From contig NC_087437.1 of the NCBI RefSeq assembly GCF_036321535.1, positions 93,312,001-93,376,000 on the forward strand: a stretch of 64,000 bases of DNA, in the 5' to 3' direction. The notes beneath the pieces are model-generated. The model was not told the DNA's origin. It ran no database searches and saw only the letters and a list, made by a program, of their open reading frames with translations. Within the stretch, counting starts at the first letter, position 1; each line of letters begins with the position of its first letter. Below are positions 51,341 through 64,000 of this stretch, piece by piece. A program made the position numbers and the translations under genes. The stretch is from Camelus dromedarius (lineage: Eukaryota).

Positions 51341-54163
51341 GTGTAGATGGATAGTGGTTGGATCTCTGGATGTGGATAAGTTGCCTAGAGAATGTGTGTG
51401 ATGAGAATAGAAATGGCTGAGCAGGAACGTTTAATGACCAGGAAGAAAAAAAGAACAGAAGAAGTTGACTAAAAATCAAAGACTTAGTGAAACAAAAAAT
51501 AGTCTTAAAATGCAATAGTCTGAAAATCTCTGTCTCTTTGAGCCATGTTTCCCCCAGTCACCAAGGAGCTGAGGGAGGAAGAGAAACAGGCAGAATGCTT
51601 CTTCCCATTTTCTTTCCTCCTTTGGCCTCTCCTGTCTCTCTTCTACAACATGCTTTCAAGAAATAAGGTATTTGGTGGAGGAAAAAAACAGAGATCATCC
51701 TGGAATCATTCTAACCTTTTCTGAGAAGTACAAAGAAATAAAAAGCCCCTCTGAGCCTGGAGCCCATTCAGGGTCTCAGCCAGCTGCAGGTCTTCCGCAT
51801 CGATGTCAATCACACGTTCTATTTTGCTTCCACATTTCTCTTATCCTTTCCCTTTTGTTGACTTCACGTGGGCTTTTTCTCAGGAAAAAAAAAAAAAAGA
51901 GCACAGCATTTTGCCTAGGAAATAGTATCCTGTTTCCTTTGCAGGGAGCTGTACACTTGGCAGCAGTAATGCAAATGTGCTGTCCAGACTAGATGCCCAC
52001 CAAAGCTGTCACTTGTTTGAAAGAGAGCCCTCTATTTGACTAGAAGAGACAGGGGCCAAATGAGCTGGATTCTTCCTGTGCCAGCCAGCAGTGCGGTTAC
52101 AGGAGCAGAGGCTGGAGAAGGACAACGTAGTCACTCACCCCTGCACACAGGTGCCATGGCCTTGAGATAGTTGACTGTACTTGGGTCCCTGCCTGACACA
52201 GCAGTGTAGAATTTCATAAATGACTGTAATTCATTGGTGGTTTGTTGAGGCTGCTGAACACAGTTTTTGAAAGGGATGGTTCTTTGTGTCTCCTGATAAA
52301 GTCTCATGGTTTCCATAATCTTTGGAATTTATAATCTTTAGGTAATGCACTTTGTAGAACAGCAGGAAAGTGACAATTTGCAAACCTCCTTTTCTCCGCT
52401 GATGAGTTCAAAAATGCTGTCGTTTCCTTCAACTGTTGGAAATGGAACTTCCCCCATATTTAAGCAGCAGTGTTCTCTTTTCATGCTGAAAAGCAATGCA
52501 TTGTCAGAAATGGACATCTTGCTATGAATAAAGATGACAAATGAGTAAGTGACTCAGAAATATGCCTGACAAGTGGGAAACAGTTTGAATATAGAGTTTA
52601 TAGACTCTTCTGCCATCAACTTGGGAGACCAAAGAAGTCTGGGTGCAATGCTAACCAACAGGTACATGGACGGTAGCTCCCAGAGTGTTCTCATACTCCT
52701 CCAGTTGATGAAAGAACCTCTTCAGTGTGCTCTTGCTTGGGAGATTACGATTCATTTCTCCGTTAGCTTGGACATGATTTGATCCTGCTCCAAGTTGGCA
52801 CAGCCTCAGCAACCCTCTACCATCAGAATCCTGCTCATAGGAAATAGCTGGAGACCATTTTTTGAACAAATGTCTTCTTAGTACTGAAGTTAAGTGTCCT
52901 GTGTGGGCCCCACCAATATGCTACTGCAGAGACACTCACTGACACCTGAGAGCTGATTCTGAGATCTGGGACATGAAACAGAAGCTAGAGAGAAAGCCTC
53001 CAAGGTCCCCTGTGTCCTTCTAGGAAAGGCTTGATGGTAAATGTTCTAGTTCTCATTCTCCTTGCCCTTAAAAGTTACTGAATGAATTAAGTAATGCAGT
53101 GTGGAATTCCCGACACAGTGTAAAACTCAACAGTGTCTGTTTTTACCATAAAACAGATTGCTACTATTTACAGGATGTGCATGGTACTTGTTTTTCTATG
53201 TGGCTAAGGTGGATGTGCTTGTTGCCCTGTACTTGACTTGTCCTTTCATTTCATATTGGGTCTTGCTATTAGATACTGTTATTAGATCAGTATTCAGAAA
53301 ATGGTTTCTTGTGTCCTTCTCACTCACGTGCAATACAGACATATTGTACTATTCATTTTCTCCATCTTTTCTTGCATCTTTCCTTATTAAAATTTTGTCT
53401 ATGAGTAAATACAGAGAGGAAATGGAAGTCACTATAAATTCATATGCCCAAGCATAGCAATAGTTTGTAATTGCCACACCAGTTAAGTGCGGATCAGGAC
53501 AGCACCGACTGTCACTCACAAAGGGCTTCCTCACAGATCACAGAGATCAAGGGTTCTGAGTTTTCTTATGTGTCCCCATAAAGCTTTTTTTTTCCTTAAT
53601 GTAGGAAGGTACTTAGAAATGCAAGAGTATGAAAATGATGTTATCAAAGGCTAAAGTTATAACCCCTCTATTTTAGGGAAAAGGCAATTTTTGTGAATTT
53701 CTGCCACATTTCACAGTTGGTGGTGGCACATGGGAGCATGGCTGCCTAGATACCAGGAACCTGGATAAGGCAAATGAGAAAAGAGAGGGCTCAGCACGTG
53801 ATGCCACAAGTGTGTGCCAACTTGGGTAACACTTTTTCGCGTACACTTTTTGTTTTTCCTCTGTCTGGGAACTAGTGCAGGAAGTCTAAAAGAGGAAAAC
53901 AAACCCAGATCTTCCCTGCTTATTTTTAGTTCACTATGCTACTTTTCCACCTTAGGAGAAGTACTTTGCCAGTGGCTCGGTTGGTCATTTTTTCACTCAT
54001 TCATTCATTTATTCATTTATGAGCCAGAATTTTCCAAAGGTCTCATTGTGAGAAGAGCTACAAAATTAACTGCTTCAGAAAATATTAGGACAGATCCTGT
54101 TCCCCAGGACTTTACAATTTTAATATGTTTTACAAGAACTTGTCTATCCACGTTACTTTAAAT

Positions 54164-54345
54164 CAATGATACTCAATGGTGGTGGTGGGGTGGGGACAGC
54201 TGGCCCCTGGGAGACATTTGGCAATGTCTGGAGACTGAGTGCTCCCGGCATGCAGTGAGTAGATGGCAGAAATGCTGCTAAATATTCCACAATGCACAGG
54301 AAAACCCCAACAAAGTATAATATGGCCCCAAATGAGAAAATCCTG
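54164..54345. mobile_element. MER20-like hAT-Charlie MITE
   Basis: GACATTTGGCAATGTCTGGAGAC...ATGCTGCTAAA...ACAATGCACAGG...TGGCCCCAAATG. Confidence 0.85.
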
Positions 54346-54529
54346 TACTAAACTCTTGCTTTGAACAGAATTTATCCTTTACTTAGCACAATTCTTTATG
54401 TATAATAAAGGTATCTGCTATTTTGTTCAGCAGCTAATAGAGGTTCTTAACACATTGTATAGTATTTAATGAATATTTGTCAAAAGGATTAATATATATT
54501 AAACTGGATTAAATTTAATGATGTGGAAG

Positions 54530-54720
54530 GAAGAACAATGGCTCTGGGAGTAGAACTGGGTTTGAATCTTAGCTCCAAAATTAAATGTTTGTGTAGCCTT
54601 AATCAAGTTACTTAACATTTCAGAGTCTTAACTTTATACTAATATAGGACATAAGTGCTCAGTACTTAGAAGAAATGAAATATCATGTATGTAAAGCCTC
54701 TGGCACATATTAGTTCCTTA
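54530..54720 (+). mobile_element. MIR SINE
   Basis: CTGGGTTTGAATCTTAGCTCC...CAAGTTACTTAAC...ATGTAAAGC...TGGCACATA. Confidence 0.7.
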
Positions 54721-57700
54721 TATGATGTCCTTTTTTCTTCCATGTCTGGATAAATTTCCCAAGAGTGAATTGATAGCTTTTCAAATTGACAATTCTACAT
54801 TAGTTATTCTATAAAATATTAGTTATTGGGTGTGTACCTTGTTTTCCTTGAAATTTCACCTCTTGTGAAACCAAGATGATTCTGGCTATTGTTTCTTTTT
54901 TATTTCTATTGTTGTTATAGCCTTACAGTAGAGGGATTCAGAATGTACTTGGAGCTATAGGCTGGTACCTGTTCTTTGTGTGCAAAAAACATAACCACTG
55001 AATGCTCCAGATGGTACCACAGATGCAGAAAGGTTAAGAGATGTAATCAATTGTCATACCAGGGAGGCATTTAGTGTGATTTTGAGTTTATTGTGAGTCC
55101 CCACTGACTGAATTAGAATGTCATGTTCTGTGACGGGATAGTAATAGATGAGATGCTTGCCCCTCTCTGCTCTTCTGGGCAAGTAAGGGGGAAACTCAGT
55201 AGTGAACTGCCTCACTCAGTGGCCCGGACTGCCGTGGTGTCTACTAACATGCACTCACACTCTTCTTTAACTCACAGTTCAAGCATTTAAGCACATGCCT
55301 CCATATCTGCTCTGTGAGCTGAGCAAATTAATCATAACAGGAAAATAGTATTCCAGAAAACTATCATGGGAGGGGTTGAGAAGAGAGAGAAGTTTCCAGT
55401 TGTGAAGGAGTAAGCTCAGAGGTCACCCTTTAAGCAGGAAAGCAGTATCCAGGGAGGTAGTCACTTGGTAATAGGAGTTCATTTTTACGTAAATTTGGGA
55501 ATCCATAATTTGGGGAAGGTTATGTTTCAAAAGTCCTCTTCCATACACACAATAGAATAGCATGTATTATATGGGAAGGCAAATAGCCTTAAACCACCTA
55601 AAACCTTTTGAAAAATTAGTGATTTTTAAGCAAGCCTAGGTTGTGTAATTACCTTCTTGATGGCTATACTTTTGAGAACGTAATTTGATATGTACATCCC
55701 TTAGAATATGGTGGCTCAACCATTCAGTGGTATTAGAAAATGTGAAAAAAAAAGAAAATTAGAAAAATTTTTAAATCAGAAAAATTCAAAAAAGAAATAA
55801 ATGTAAAAAAGTTTTGAACAAGAGAAGACATGCTAAGTTATTATTCTTATAAATATATGAAATAATTCCATATTAAAATGGCTTTTATAAAGTGTTTCAC
55901 TTGATATCATATGGTGGAAATTGAAGGTAAAAATTCTGAAGTTGAACTGTTGTCAGTTTTAAGTATGGTCCTCATGTGCTTTCAATGCAATTGCTCTCAG
56001 CTAGGATGCTCAAATTTGATAAATTTCTGCCAATTTTTGACCTAATATCAAGTGATATTATAGTTAAAGAATAAATTGCTTACACAGAAGTGTCTTAGCT
56101 GATATTGTTTGTTGATAATCTGTTAAATCTTCCCAGATAAATTAAAGCAAATGTGTGAAGTACCTTGAAAGATTATTTATAATTATTACATTAAAAGGGA
56201 AGTACAATTTTTTTAACCACAATTCCCTTAGAATACCAGTGTTATTAAAATTTTTAAAAGCCTTGAAGTAAAAAAGCAAAAGGGCTTAATTGTCTTCCTT
56301 GGTTTTCTTGAGTTGATGGAATATATTTTCATCTTTTAGTCATAGTTCTGTTTTTAAATAATTCTGTTCTGCTCTGTGAGAGACATTTCAGTTCTAAATG
56401 TATGCAACCAAATTATCTCTTAACCCTCATTTTCAAACTGCAGTTCAATCAGTATACTCCAGATGGCACACAATGATGATAAAATTATGCATATGTTACA
56501 TTGAGGGATTGAATATGCAAACAGAAGGAGCTGGTTAACTAAGGCTTTCAAATTGCCTTCAGGACTTTACTGTTCTCCTACAAAATGAAAAAAAACACTG
56601 ATAGTGTTTTGCCTAGTTTTAGGATTTGACATTTTTTAATATGGTAAATGAAATGCAACTATAGTCCATAAGAGTCCACGTGAAATTTTGCCAATGTCAA
56701 TATAAAAGCAAAAGTTTCCCCCCCTACACAAGTCAGTACATAAGGGATGCATTTTACCTTAGTTTATTACCAATATTTCTCAGATTATACTATACTTATG
56801 AGGTAATACATGGGGAAAAACAATCAAAATCGATATATTTCACACATTAATAAGCATTTTTTTTGTTGTTGTTCTAAACATATGATTGGGGAAGCAGGTC
56901 ACTCACTTTTGTGCATCATCTTAGAAAACCATGATACTATTGGGAGAAATAAATATATAGAAAAAAATAAAGCAAACAAAAATCATTCAGCTCTGATACC
57001 CAAAGGGTTATCAACTCTTTCACTATTGAATACTTCCTTTACATCTCTAGAGTTCTAGAGCATAAAAGCTAGTCAACAGCTCCTTATTTGGGGCTATAAG
57101 CATAGTTAAAGAAGTGATATATTTGTCAATTTATTATTACACTATCATCACCAGAAATTCTACTCAGTTCCAATGGCAACAGCTCTTAGTTTTCATAAAA
57201 GGTATGTCCATACATTTTAGATAAGTGTTAGCATAGTTTTTGAAGATTAAGAAAATTGATGATGGCTCAGTAGTAAAGCCTTCAATAGGAGGGGTAGTCT
57301 ACTTTTATTAGTGTTAGTTGTACAAGTAAAAATGGGATCATGTATTACCATCTTATATGTTTTCTTCGATCCCTCAACATCTAGCCAAAAGTTATTATTT
57401 TAAAGTGTTTAGTCCTACTGCCTAAGATCGATTTGTGTGAATTGGTGACTTTTTTTTTCCCCCAGTCATCTAAATTGGGGAAGTCCTTTATTCATAGGGG
57501 AAATTAGGTGTGTTTTTTCTCTGTGGTTTCATGCATTGATTTTGATGACCATTTCATGCTAAAGGAGTTTTCAATGTAGAACAATTCAGAATCCATGAAT
57601 AGTAATTGAGCCCTTTAGTTCTGTTCTAAACTTAAAACCATTATTCTCCATTTAAAGCCGACAAATCATGTTGCTCTACAGAACACTGCTCTGTCATTTT

Positions 57701-58599
57701 AGTTTTTTGTGTGGTGGTTGTTTCCAGGAAGCTGGGCTGGAATATTAAGCTCTCTCTGCTTCCTGTGCTCTCTCTTGCCGTGCTGGAGACATTTAGGGTT
57801 CTGTCTGAAACGGGCAAAAAGCAATTCTGTTGTTCATAAAGAATAACTTGTAAGCTGGTGTGGGTGCCTGCATGCTCTTTATTTTGTGAAAAGAATGTGC
57901 TATTTGCCAGGCTTTAAATCTCTGGCAACTGGCTTGCTGAATCTCAACTTAAATGTACTGTCGTGCATAAACAATCAAACGTAAAACATGATAAAAGTGT
58001 CCTCTCCTGACTGCGCCTCTCACTCCAAACACATCAGCTTGATACACTGTTCTATGTAGATGGAATTGTATCTGTCAGAAGCTAATTTAAGTGTCATGTA
58101 AAAACAAGAATTAATAGAAGTTTAACATGAGAAAATATTGCTTTTAATATGAAAAATGGACTTCTGCATTTGAAAAAATGTAGCTGTTACGTTGTGTGCA
58201 GAGTGAGGTAGCCAGATGCCCCTGTGCTGGGAGCTTGTGGCAGAGCTGGAATAATTGCTTTCCAACATGAGCTGTCATGTTGCAGAAGTGCATATGTGTT
58301 TGGATTCTCATGGTCTGTCCTGTTTGCCTGATGGAGAATAAGTTTAAATAGTTCTAAAACAAAAAAAACATTTTTTCCCAAAAAAATTCTTATTGAGTGT
58401 TTTCCCGTAGAAACTCCTTTCCTTCTCTGATAGGATATACCCAGTAATATCAATGTTTCACCCATTATGTTGCCAGAATTAAAATGCACCATATTCTATT
58501 CACCACAAAATACAGCAATTATCTTTTTCTTCTTTTCCCTCACTCTCTGGATTTCCTGGCTGTAATGTCTGATTACATTTGGGTCTCTCATATTCTTTT

Positions 58600-58765
58600 T
58601 ATTCTTCTTCTTCTTCTTCTTTTTTTTTTTTTTTTTTTGGTTTGTTCCTGTACAGTAAACTACACATATTTCAGATGTACAATTTGACAAATTTTGATAG
58701 GTGTATACACCAATGAAACCACTACCACAATCAAGATAGCTAACATTTCCATTACTCCCTAAGAG
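58600..58765 (-). mobile_element. Old L1 3' end fragment with (CTT)n/poly(T) tail
   Basis: ACAGTAAACTACACATAT...GAAACCACTACCACAATCAAGATAGCTAACATTTCC. Confidence 0.7.
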
Positions 58766-59444
58766 GTGCCATCTTTAAAGTGATTTTTAGACCTACCCTA
58801 GTATAAAGTTTACTCATCCAAATTTTGTGCACTTGTTTTTAAGATACCATATGTTAATATTCACTAAACAGATATTGTTTATTTTTTGTGATATATTGAT
58901 TCTTATTTCATGACATTTCTCAATGAATTAACATTTCATATTATCACTATGTATTTGTGGACTTCATTGGTTACTTTCAGAAAAATAATGATAGCTCACA
59001 ACACTAGAGTTCTGAAAGCTCTTCTCTTTTCTTCCTTTTTCCTTCCTTCCTTCCTTCTTCCCTCCCTCCTCCTTCCTTCCTTCTTTCTTTATTCCCTTTC
59101 TTTCTCCATAATGTCTTTTCCTTACAATATAAAACAAAATAAAATATTTCTGGCAAGATGTTAAATTTATTCTGAAAATTACATTAAATTTTTTTGATGA
59201 CTATCAGGAGCCAAAGATTAATGACATACTTCTTACACAACATGGCTCCAACATCAAACCTCCTACTTTATTTGATGCTCAACAGCAGCAAAAACAAGAA
59301 CAAGAACAACAAGGGCATAATAGCAAAGTGTTCCAGAAGTGGAAGAAAAACAGACCAAAATGGATTTGCTGGGAGAATGTATAAGAGCCACCAATGTGAC
59401 GTTTTCTTCTTTTTTCTTTCTCTTTTTCCTTTTTTTTTCAAGAT

Positions 59445-59527
59445 AAGGAATGTGATTTTATTGTAGTATAGACAGTTTACAATGTTGTGTCAGTTTCTGG
59501 TGTACAGCGTGTTTCAGTCATACATCT
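59445..59527 (-). mobile_element. Very short L1 3' tip
   Basis: AGTATAGACAGTTTACAATGTTGTGTCAGTTTCTGGTGTACAG. Confidence 0.7.
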
Positions 59528-59794
59528 TAATAAATCTTTAAGTGTATTTTTATCTGCTAAGGAACTCTGAACTCTCACACCTGCAGTAACATGTGACGCC
59601 ACAGTGGAAATAAAAGCATGACAGATTTATCAGATGATTTATATTGATGACATAATCTGGAAGCATAGAAAAGTAGTCACACTATGTTGAGGTCTTCTGC
59701 CATTCTGCATGAGCAAGGAGGTTAATGGACAAAAGGTCAAAAGCAATTATTTCCTTCATGCAGAAGATTCTTTGAATGGACTTGGGCTACTCAA

Positions 59795-59982
59795 GAGGGT
59801 TGCCAGATAAAGTACAGGACACCTAGTTACATTTGAACAAATAGCTAAAACAAATAACTTTTATTCTAAGTACGTCATGAATATTGCATGTGGCATACCT
59901 ATGCTAAAAATTTTACCGTTCATCTAAAACTCAATTGTAGCTGGATGTTGTGTGTTTTCCTTCATTAAATCTGGCAGCCCTA
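59795..59982. mobile_element. MER53-like palindromic hAT MITE
   Basis: TIRs AGGGTTGCCAGAT...ATCTGGCAGCCCTA, with internal self-complementarity. Confidence 0.85.
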
Positions 59983-60589
59983 GTGTACAGACGTCCTTGA
60001 GTGGTAGGGGGAGGAGTTCCAGACTGGTCCTCAGCCTCTCTTGTGTAACTTCTGCTTCTTGATTCACACTCCAACATGGGAGGAGTGGGGTTGAGGCCAG
60101 AGTCATCAGATCTAAGGAGGATAGGCTAAGCATCCTTGTGTCTAAAAGCAACCGTACAAAAACTTAGGGAGAGAGGGGTCAACAAGATGCAGCATCAACA
60201 CTTGGCTTATTAAATCACCGTGACCACAGAAATAATACACAGGCTCCACCCTCAGCGAATGGCCCTGTGCTGATCAGATGAGCACCTAAGGAGGTAGTGT
60301 GGGTTGGGTTATTAATAAACAGTGAAGAAACTAACATAAGTGGGGACTCTCACCCAACCAACTATTCTCTTCTGCTTCCCTTGAAGATATTTCCTCCCAA
60401 GGGTGAGTAAGGGGTGGGAAGCGGTGGAAACTCCAATCTGGCACGTTTCCATTTCTCTTGGAGACTGCTTCTCAGTACAAGTGCTATTACCAGTCTTTGT
60501 GCTAAGTCACACAGTATTCAAGTTCATTTTATACTAAATAGTAACTATTTGAGTGCCAAAAATAAATTGAGGTGCCTTGTCAATCCTCT

Positions 60590-60705
60590 AAACCGGTACT
60601 CCCCTTCTTCCATTTTCATAGGGGAAAGCAAGGCATAGAAAGGTTAAAATATATTTCCCAGGTCACAAATCCAGAAAATGAAGGAGCAGGGATTAGAATC
60701 CAGAT
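60590..60705 (-). mobile_element. MIR SINE relic
   Basis: CCATTTTCATAGGGGAAAGCAAGGCATAGAAAGGTTAA...CCCAGGTCACA...GGGATTAGAATCCAG. Confidence 0.65.
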
Positions 60706-62185
60706 GTAATAAGAAAACTTTTATGGCTGAGTAGCTATATAAGAAAAATCAAAATTACTCCACAGTAGCTTGAGCTATATAGTGTTTGAAGGGTTATTTT
60801 GACTAGTTTTTTTTTTTTTTGTCATTCTTTAAAGTAACCCACATACGGGTCCTGGACCTTGAGTACAATATCCCTAGAATTTAAACTGAAACAAGAACCA
60901 ATGATAAGGTTCTGGGAAAACATTCTGATTCAGATGCTAAGTTTGCACACTATTAGCTATCATAATTCATGTTCTACCTGTCGGTTACTCTATTTAAACA
61001 GTGCAGGTGGTAATGCTGCCTACCCTACTGAGATACTGTAGGAATAACAATGGAAGCAAAAAACATACCCCCAAATAATGCAAAGCTCCTTTCGTTTGTA
61101 TGAACTACGTAGGGCTATATGAAGGTGAAATACCCACAGTAGCTCTCTGATAGACATAAATGTGGATGCTTCTGTCCATTCACCACTCTGCAGATAATTA
61201 TCAGGAAAAATGTGGCTTTTATCCTTAGTGAGAGGGCATATAAATTCAAAACAGGCAGATGTGACTTTTTTTCCTAGAGAAAATTACTGAATTCATACAT
61301 TTTTAGCAACAAAAGTTAGATGAAGTTACTTTAAAAATTAGTTAAAATGCAAACCCTGGCCTGCCTTACAATCAGTTTTTCAGAGAAGTATGAACAGGAC
61401 TTTAGAATTTAAAGATTGTAATTTGAATGAATATTAATGCTCAAGTGTGTGAAGCGCAGAGGTAACTGACCTCGGACCTCACACGGTGTACAAAGTAGCT
61501 GCTTAGCTGGGAAAACCAATTTTTCACCTTTTTTTTTTTTTTTTTGTCAGAAATAGGAGACACTCCACTATAGGCTGGATTTTGTACCTTGTAGAGGTCA
61601 AATCAGTGTCTGCTTGAAAAATTCATGATCCAGAAAAGGTAATTTTTAATGAATATTTATGAGCGATGTCCTTTCTTATCAGAGCTGGGCAAGTTTTCTG
61701 AAGCTTGCCACTAAGACTGGCTTGTGATTTTTAGCGAAAAACCTCTGAATCAAAACGAGGAAAACGGACTTGATATACCGTCGTCTGACTCATTTTGGCT
61801 TCTTCCGCTACGCATCATCATTGCATATAAAACAACATTGTTCAGTGCCGCTCATATCACCACCGTTGCAGCATTCTTTCCCTTCCTTTTAGGCTCCAAA
61901 CACCAACATAAAAGAACAGTGAAAGGACATTATACTCTTTCTATATTTTTTTAAACTTAAAATTATTTTGCTCCTAAGGTTGCTAAAGACTCAGACCAGA
62001 TAATAGTAGAACTGTGGTGTTTTTCTCTCTGGGCAGTGGTTCTCATAGTCAAGATGGAAAAGCAATAGCTTCAGAATACTGAAAAGACTTTCGAGCCAAA
62101 TCAGGATTTTTCTTGCATTGTCTTTTAAGATCAGCACAAGCCAAGAGACAAATCTCTAACAAAGCATCTGTTGGAATTTTCCAGC

Positions 62186-62188
<3 letters not shown>

Positions 62189-62249
<61 letters not shown>
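62189..62249. repeat. (TA)n microsatellite
   Basis: About 30 TA units. Confidence 0.98.
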
Positions 62250-62251
<2 letters not shown>

Positions 62252-63264
62252 TAATATTAGTGATTATATACACATGTATTATTATGGTAGTATAATTAAT
62301 GTATGTATTAATTATATATACATATATTAATCAAAATATTAGATATGAATTTAGAAGTATAAAATAACATGTTGCACTTTCAATTGCTCGAAAAGTGGTA
62401 AATACATACATTCAAAAATGTTTCTTTAAGTTATTCTTAATCTAATGGATCATGGACATACAGCTGTATCAGGAAAATAACTCAACCTGCCTATAACTGG
62501 TAAAGGTTTTAACTTTCAGCCTCTGCCATTTTGTAATATGAAATGTCTTCATAGCACAGAATTACTACTTATGGATTTTCCCCTCAAGGTAGCGTGTAAT
62601 AGACACACATTATCATAGTATTAGTTTTCACATGGTTTCCTGAAATGTTGCTTTGATGAATTAGTATGATAACCTATTTATTATTATAAACATTAGTGGA
62701 AGACATGATGAAATGGAATATAGTACCTTATAGAATCAAAACTTTGTCCACGAAGATTATTTCTTCAGCTTTTGTAAAGATGAAAGTGTCTGTTATAAAT
62801 GTGCAGTACCAAATATAAATCATGTTTATTATTTTCAGTGTCTGTTGCTTTTTAGCATTCTGAAGCATGGGAATTTGAAGACTACAAAATACCAAAAATA
62901 TAAATACATCTAGAGAATTGGACTGAACCAAATGCTGTGTGCCCAACTCCCTTTCAGCCCCAGGCCTCCGCGTCAGCTGTAATGCTTTGTCTGGGTGCTC
63001 ACTCCTTTCGTACCACAACTCAGTCAGGCTCCGTACATAGATTCTGTAACTCCTGCTCGCCTTCTGGGTCTTAGATTAGATGATACTCCGTTCACAAAGG
63101 CTAATTTTGCAGCACCAGATCATTGGAATTCCTTGTGCTTGCTCCAGTTACCTTGCTTTTGCCTGGTATTATTACAGTGTGATTGGAAACATCGTCTTGC
63201 ACACTAAAGGATTGTTCCACAAGGACCAGGACTGAGGTTTGTACTCTCAGATCCTGGCATGTGC

Positions 63265-63500
63265 CTGCACTCATTTAGTCTGTCTTTATTTACTGAAGGC
63301 CTACTAAGTGCCAGGCAGTGTTTGGAGCACTGGAAATAGAAACATGTACCAGACAGAAAATATATGAGATGAGTTAACAAAAAAGAAAGAAAAGACATGA
63401 TTGCAGATTCGTATGTTTTTCAGAACATACCTTCAGGAAAAAGAACATGGTTGTAATATGGGGTGATTGGATGGGGATGGGATAGCAAATTTAGATGAGA
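63265..63500 (-). mobile_element. L2 3' end relic
   Basis: TATTTACTGAAGGCCTACTAAGTGCCAGGCAGTG. Confidence 0.55.
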
Positions 63501-64000
63501 TGAAATTGTACCTCTTGATTTCTAAGCCTCTCCCTCTCTAGGATATCTCTTTAGTACTTTCCTGATTCTTATCTTTCTCTTACCTCCAGTAATCTAAATA
63601 TCCACTGAGTATAAAATGGGCTTTAAACATATGTTTCTGTATGAGTAAAACCTCCCAACTGCTCCGTAGGAGTTTTGAAATGTAAAATTAGAAATAATTT
63701 ATAAAACAAAGTATCTGATTTTTAAATTTCTCTTTTCTTTGTGTTTGTTTAAAATAGACGAATTTATTCATAGACTCGAACATCCATGTGATATCCCAGG
63801 TACCATGGTACTTCATAGGAAATGCTTACTGGAAGGGAGAGTGTTAACTGTATTGGTGAACACTAATGACCTCATATGCATATTTTTATTGAAACTCCTT
63901 CTTACTATTACTTCTTGGTCATTTTTCTTATTCGTGTACCATATTACAATTTCCCTTCATACAAGAGACAGACAAGAGTCAGGTAATAAATGGAGTCCTG

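Larger units (their letters stand above)
50100..51520 (-). mobile_element. L2 relic interrupted by MLT1 and MER58
   Basis: Purine-rich degenerate antisense-L2 motifs (AAGAATATGGATTT, GACATGATCATATTTG, GTGATGCCAGACACTGA, GTGGGACATCAAG). Confidence 0.5.

Noticed and set aside
63150..63205. Minus-strand mini-exon candidate (VQDDVSNHTVIIPGKSK) faintly resembling part of the ORF at 16038-16262
   Set aside because: The similarity is only a few residues, with no clear nucleotide-level repeat. Treated as coincidence.
1..64000. CRISPR arrays, operons, tRNA/rRNA genes, tRNA-derived young SINEs
   Set aside because: None seen. The sequence is eukaryotic repeat-rich DNA with no regularly spaced repeat-spacer structure.

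Overview
AT-rich mammalian genomic DNA with no recognisable protein-coding exon, RNA gene or prokaryotic feature. It is intronic or intergenic and heavily populated by transposable elements. The young LINE-1 3' ends look cetartiodactyl, and I saw no ruminant Bov-A/BovB, pig PRE1 or cetacean CHR SINEs, so a camelid origin is plausible (inference). Nearly all track ORFs are L1 remnants, antisense L1 frames or chance ORFs. The main structure is a ~10 kb minus-strand L1 (27027-37088, with TSD) carrying three nested younger L1 insertions. One of these (32595-35643) is a TSD-bounded element with an intact 5' end. It consists of 5'UTR + ORF1 fused directly to the last few hundred bases of ORF2 + 3'UTR + poly(A), i.e. 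an ORF2-less, 'half-L1'-like unit, and is the best candidate for something new. Also present: a twin-primed inverted L1 with two internal deletions (17704-20323), a 5'-truncated L1 (6425-9148), a Tigger2-type transposon inside a MIR, MLT1/MLT2 and other solo LTRs, MER58/MER20/MER53 MITEs, L2 and MIR relics, and microsatellites. L1 copies are mostly on the minus strand, which would fit an intron of a plus-strand gene that I cannot identify. Repeat family names come from recognition, not a database search.
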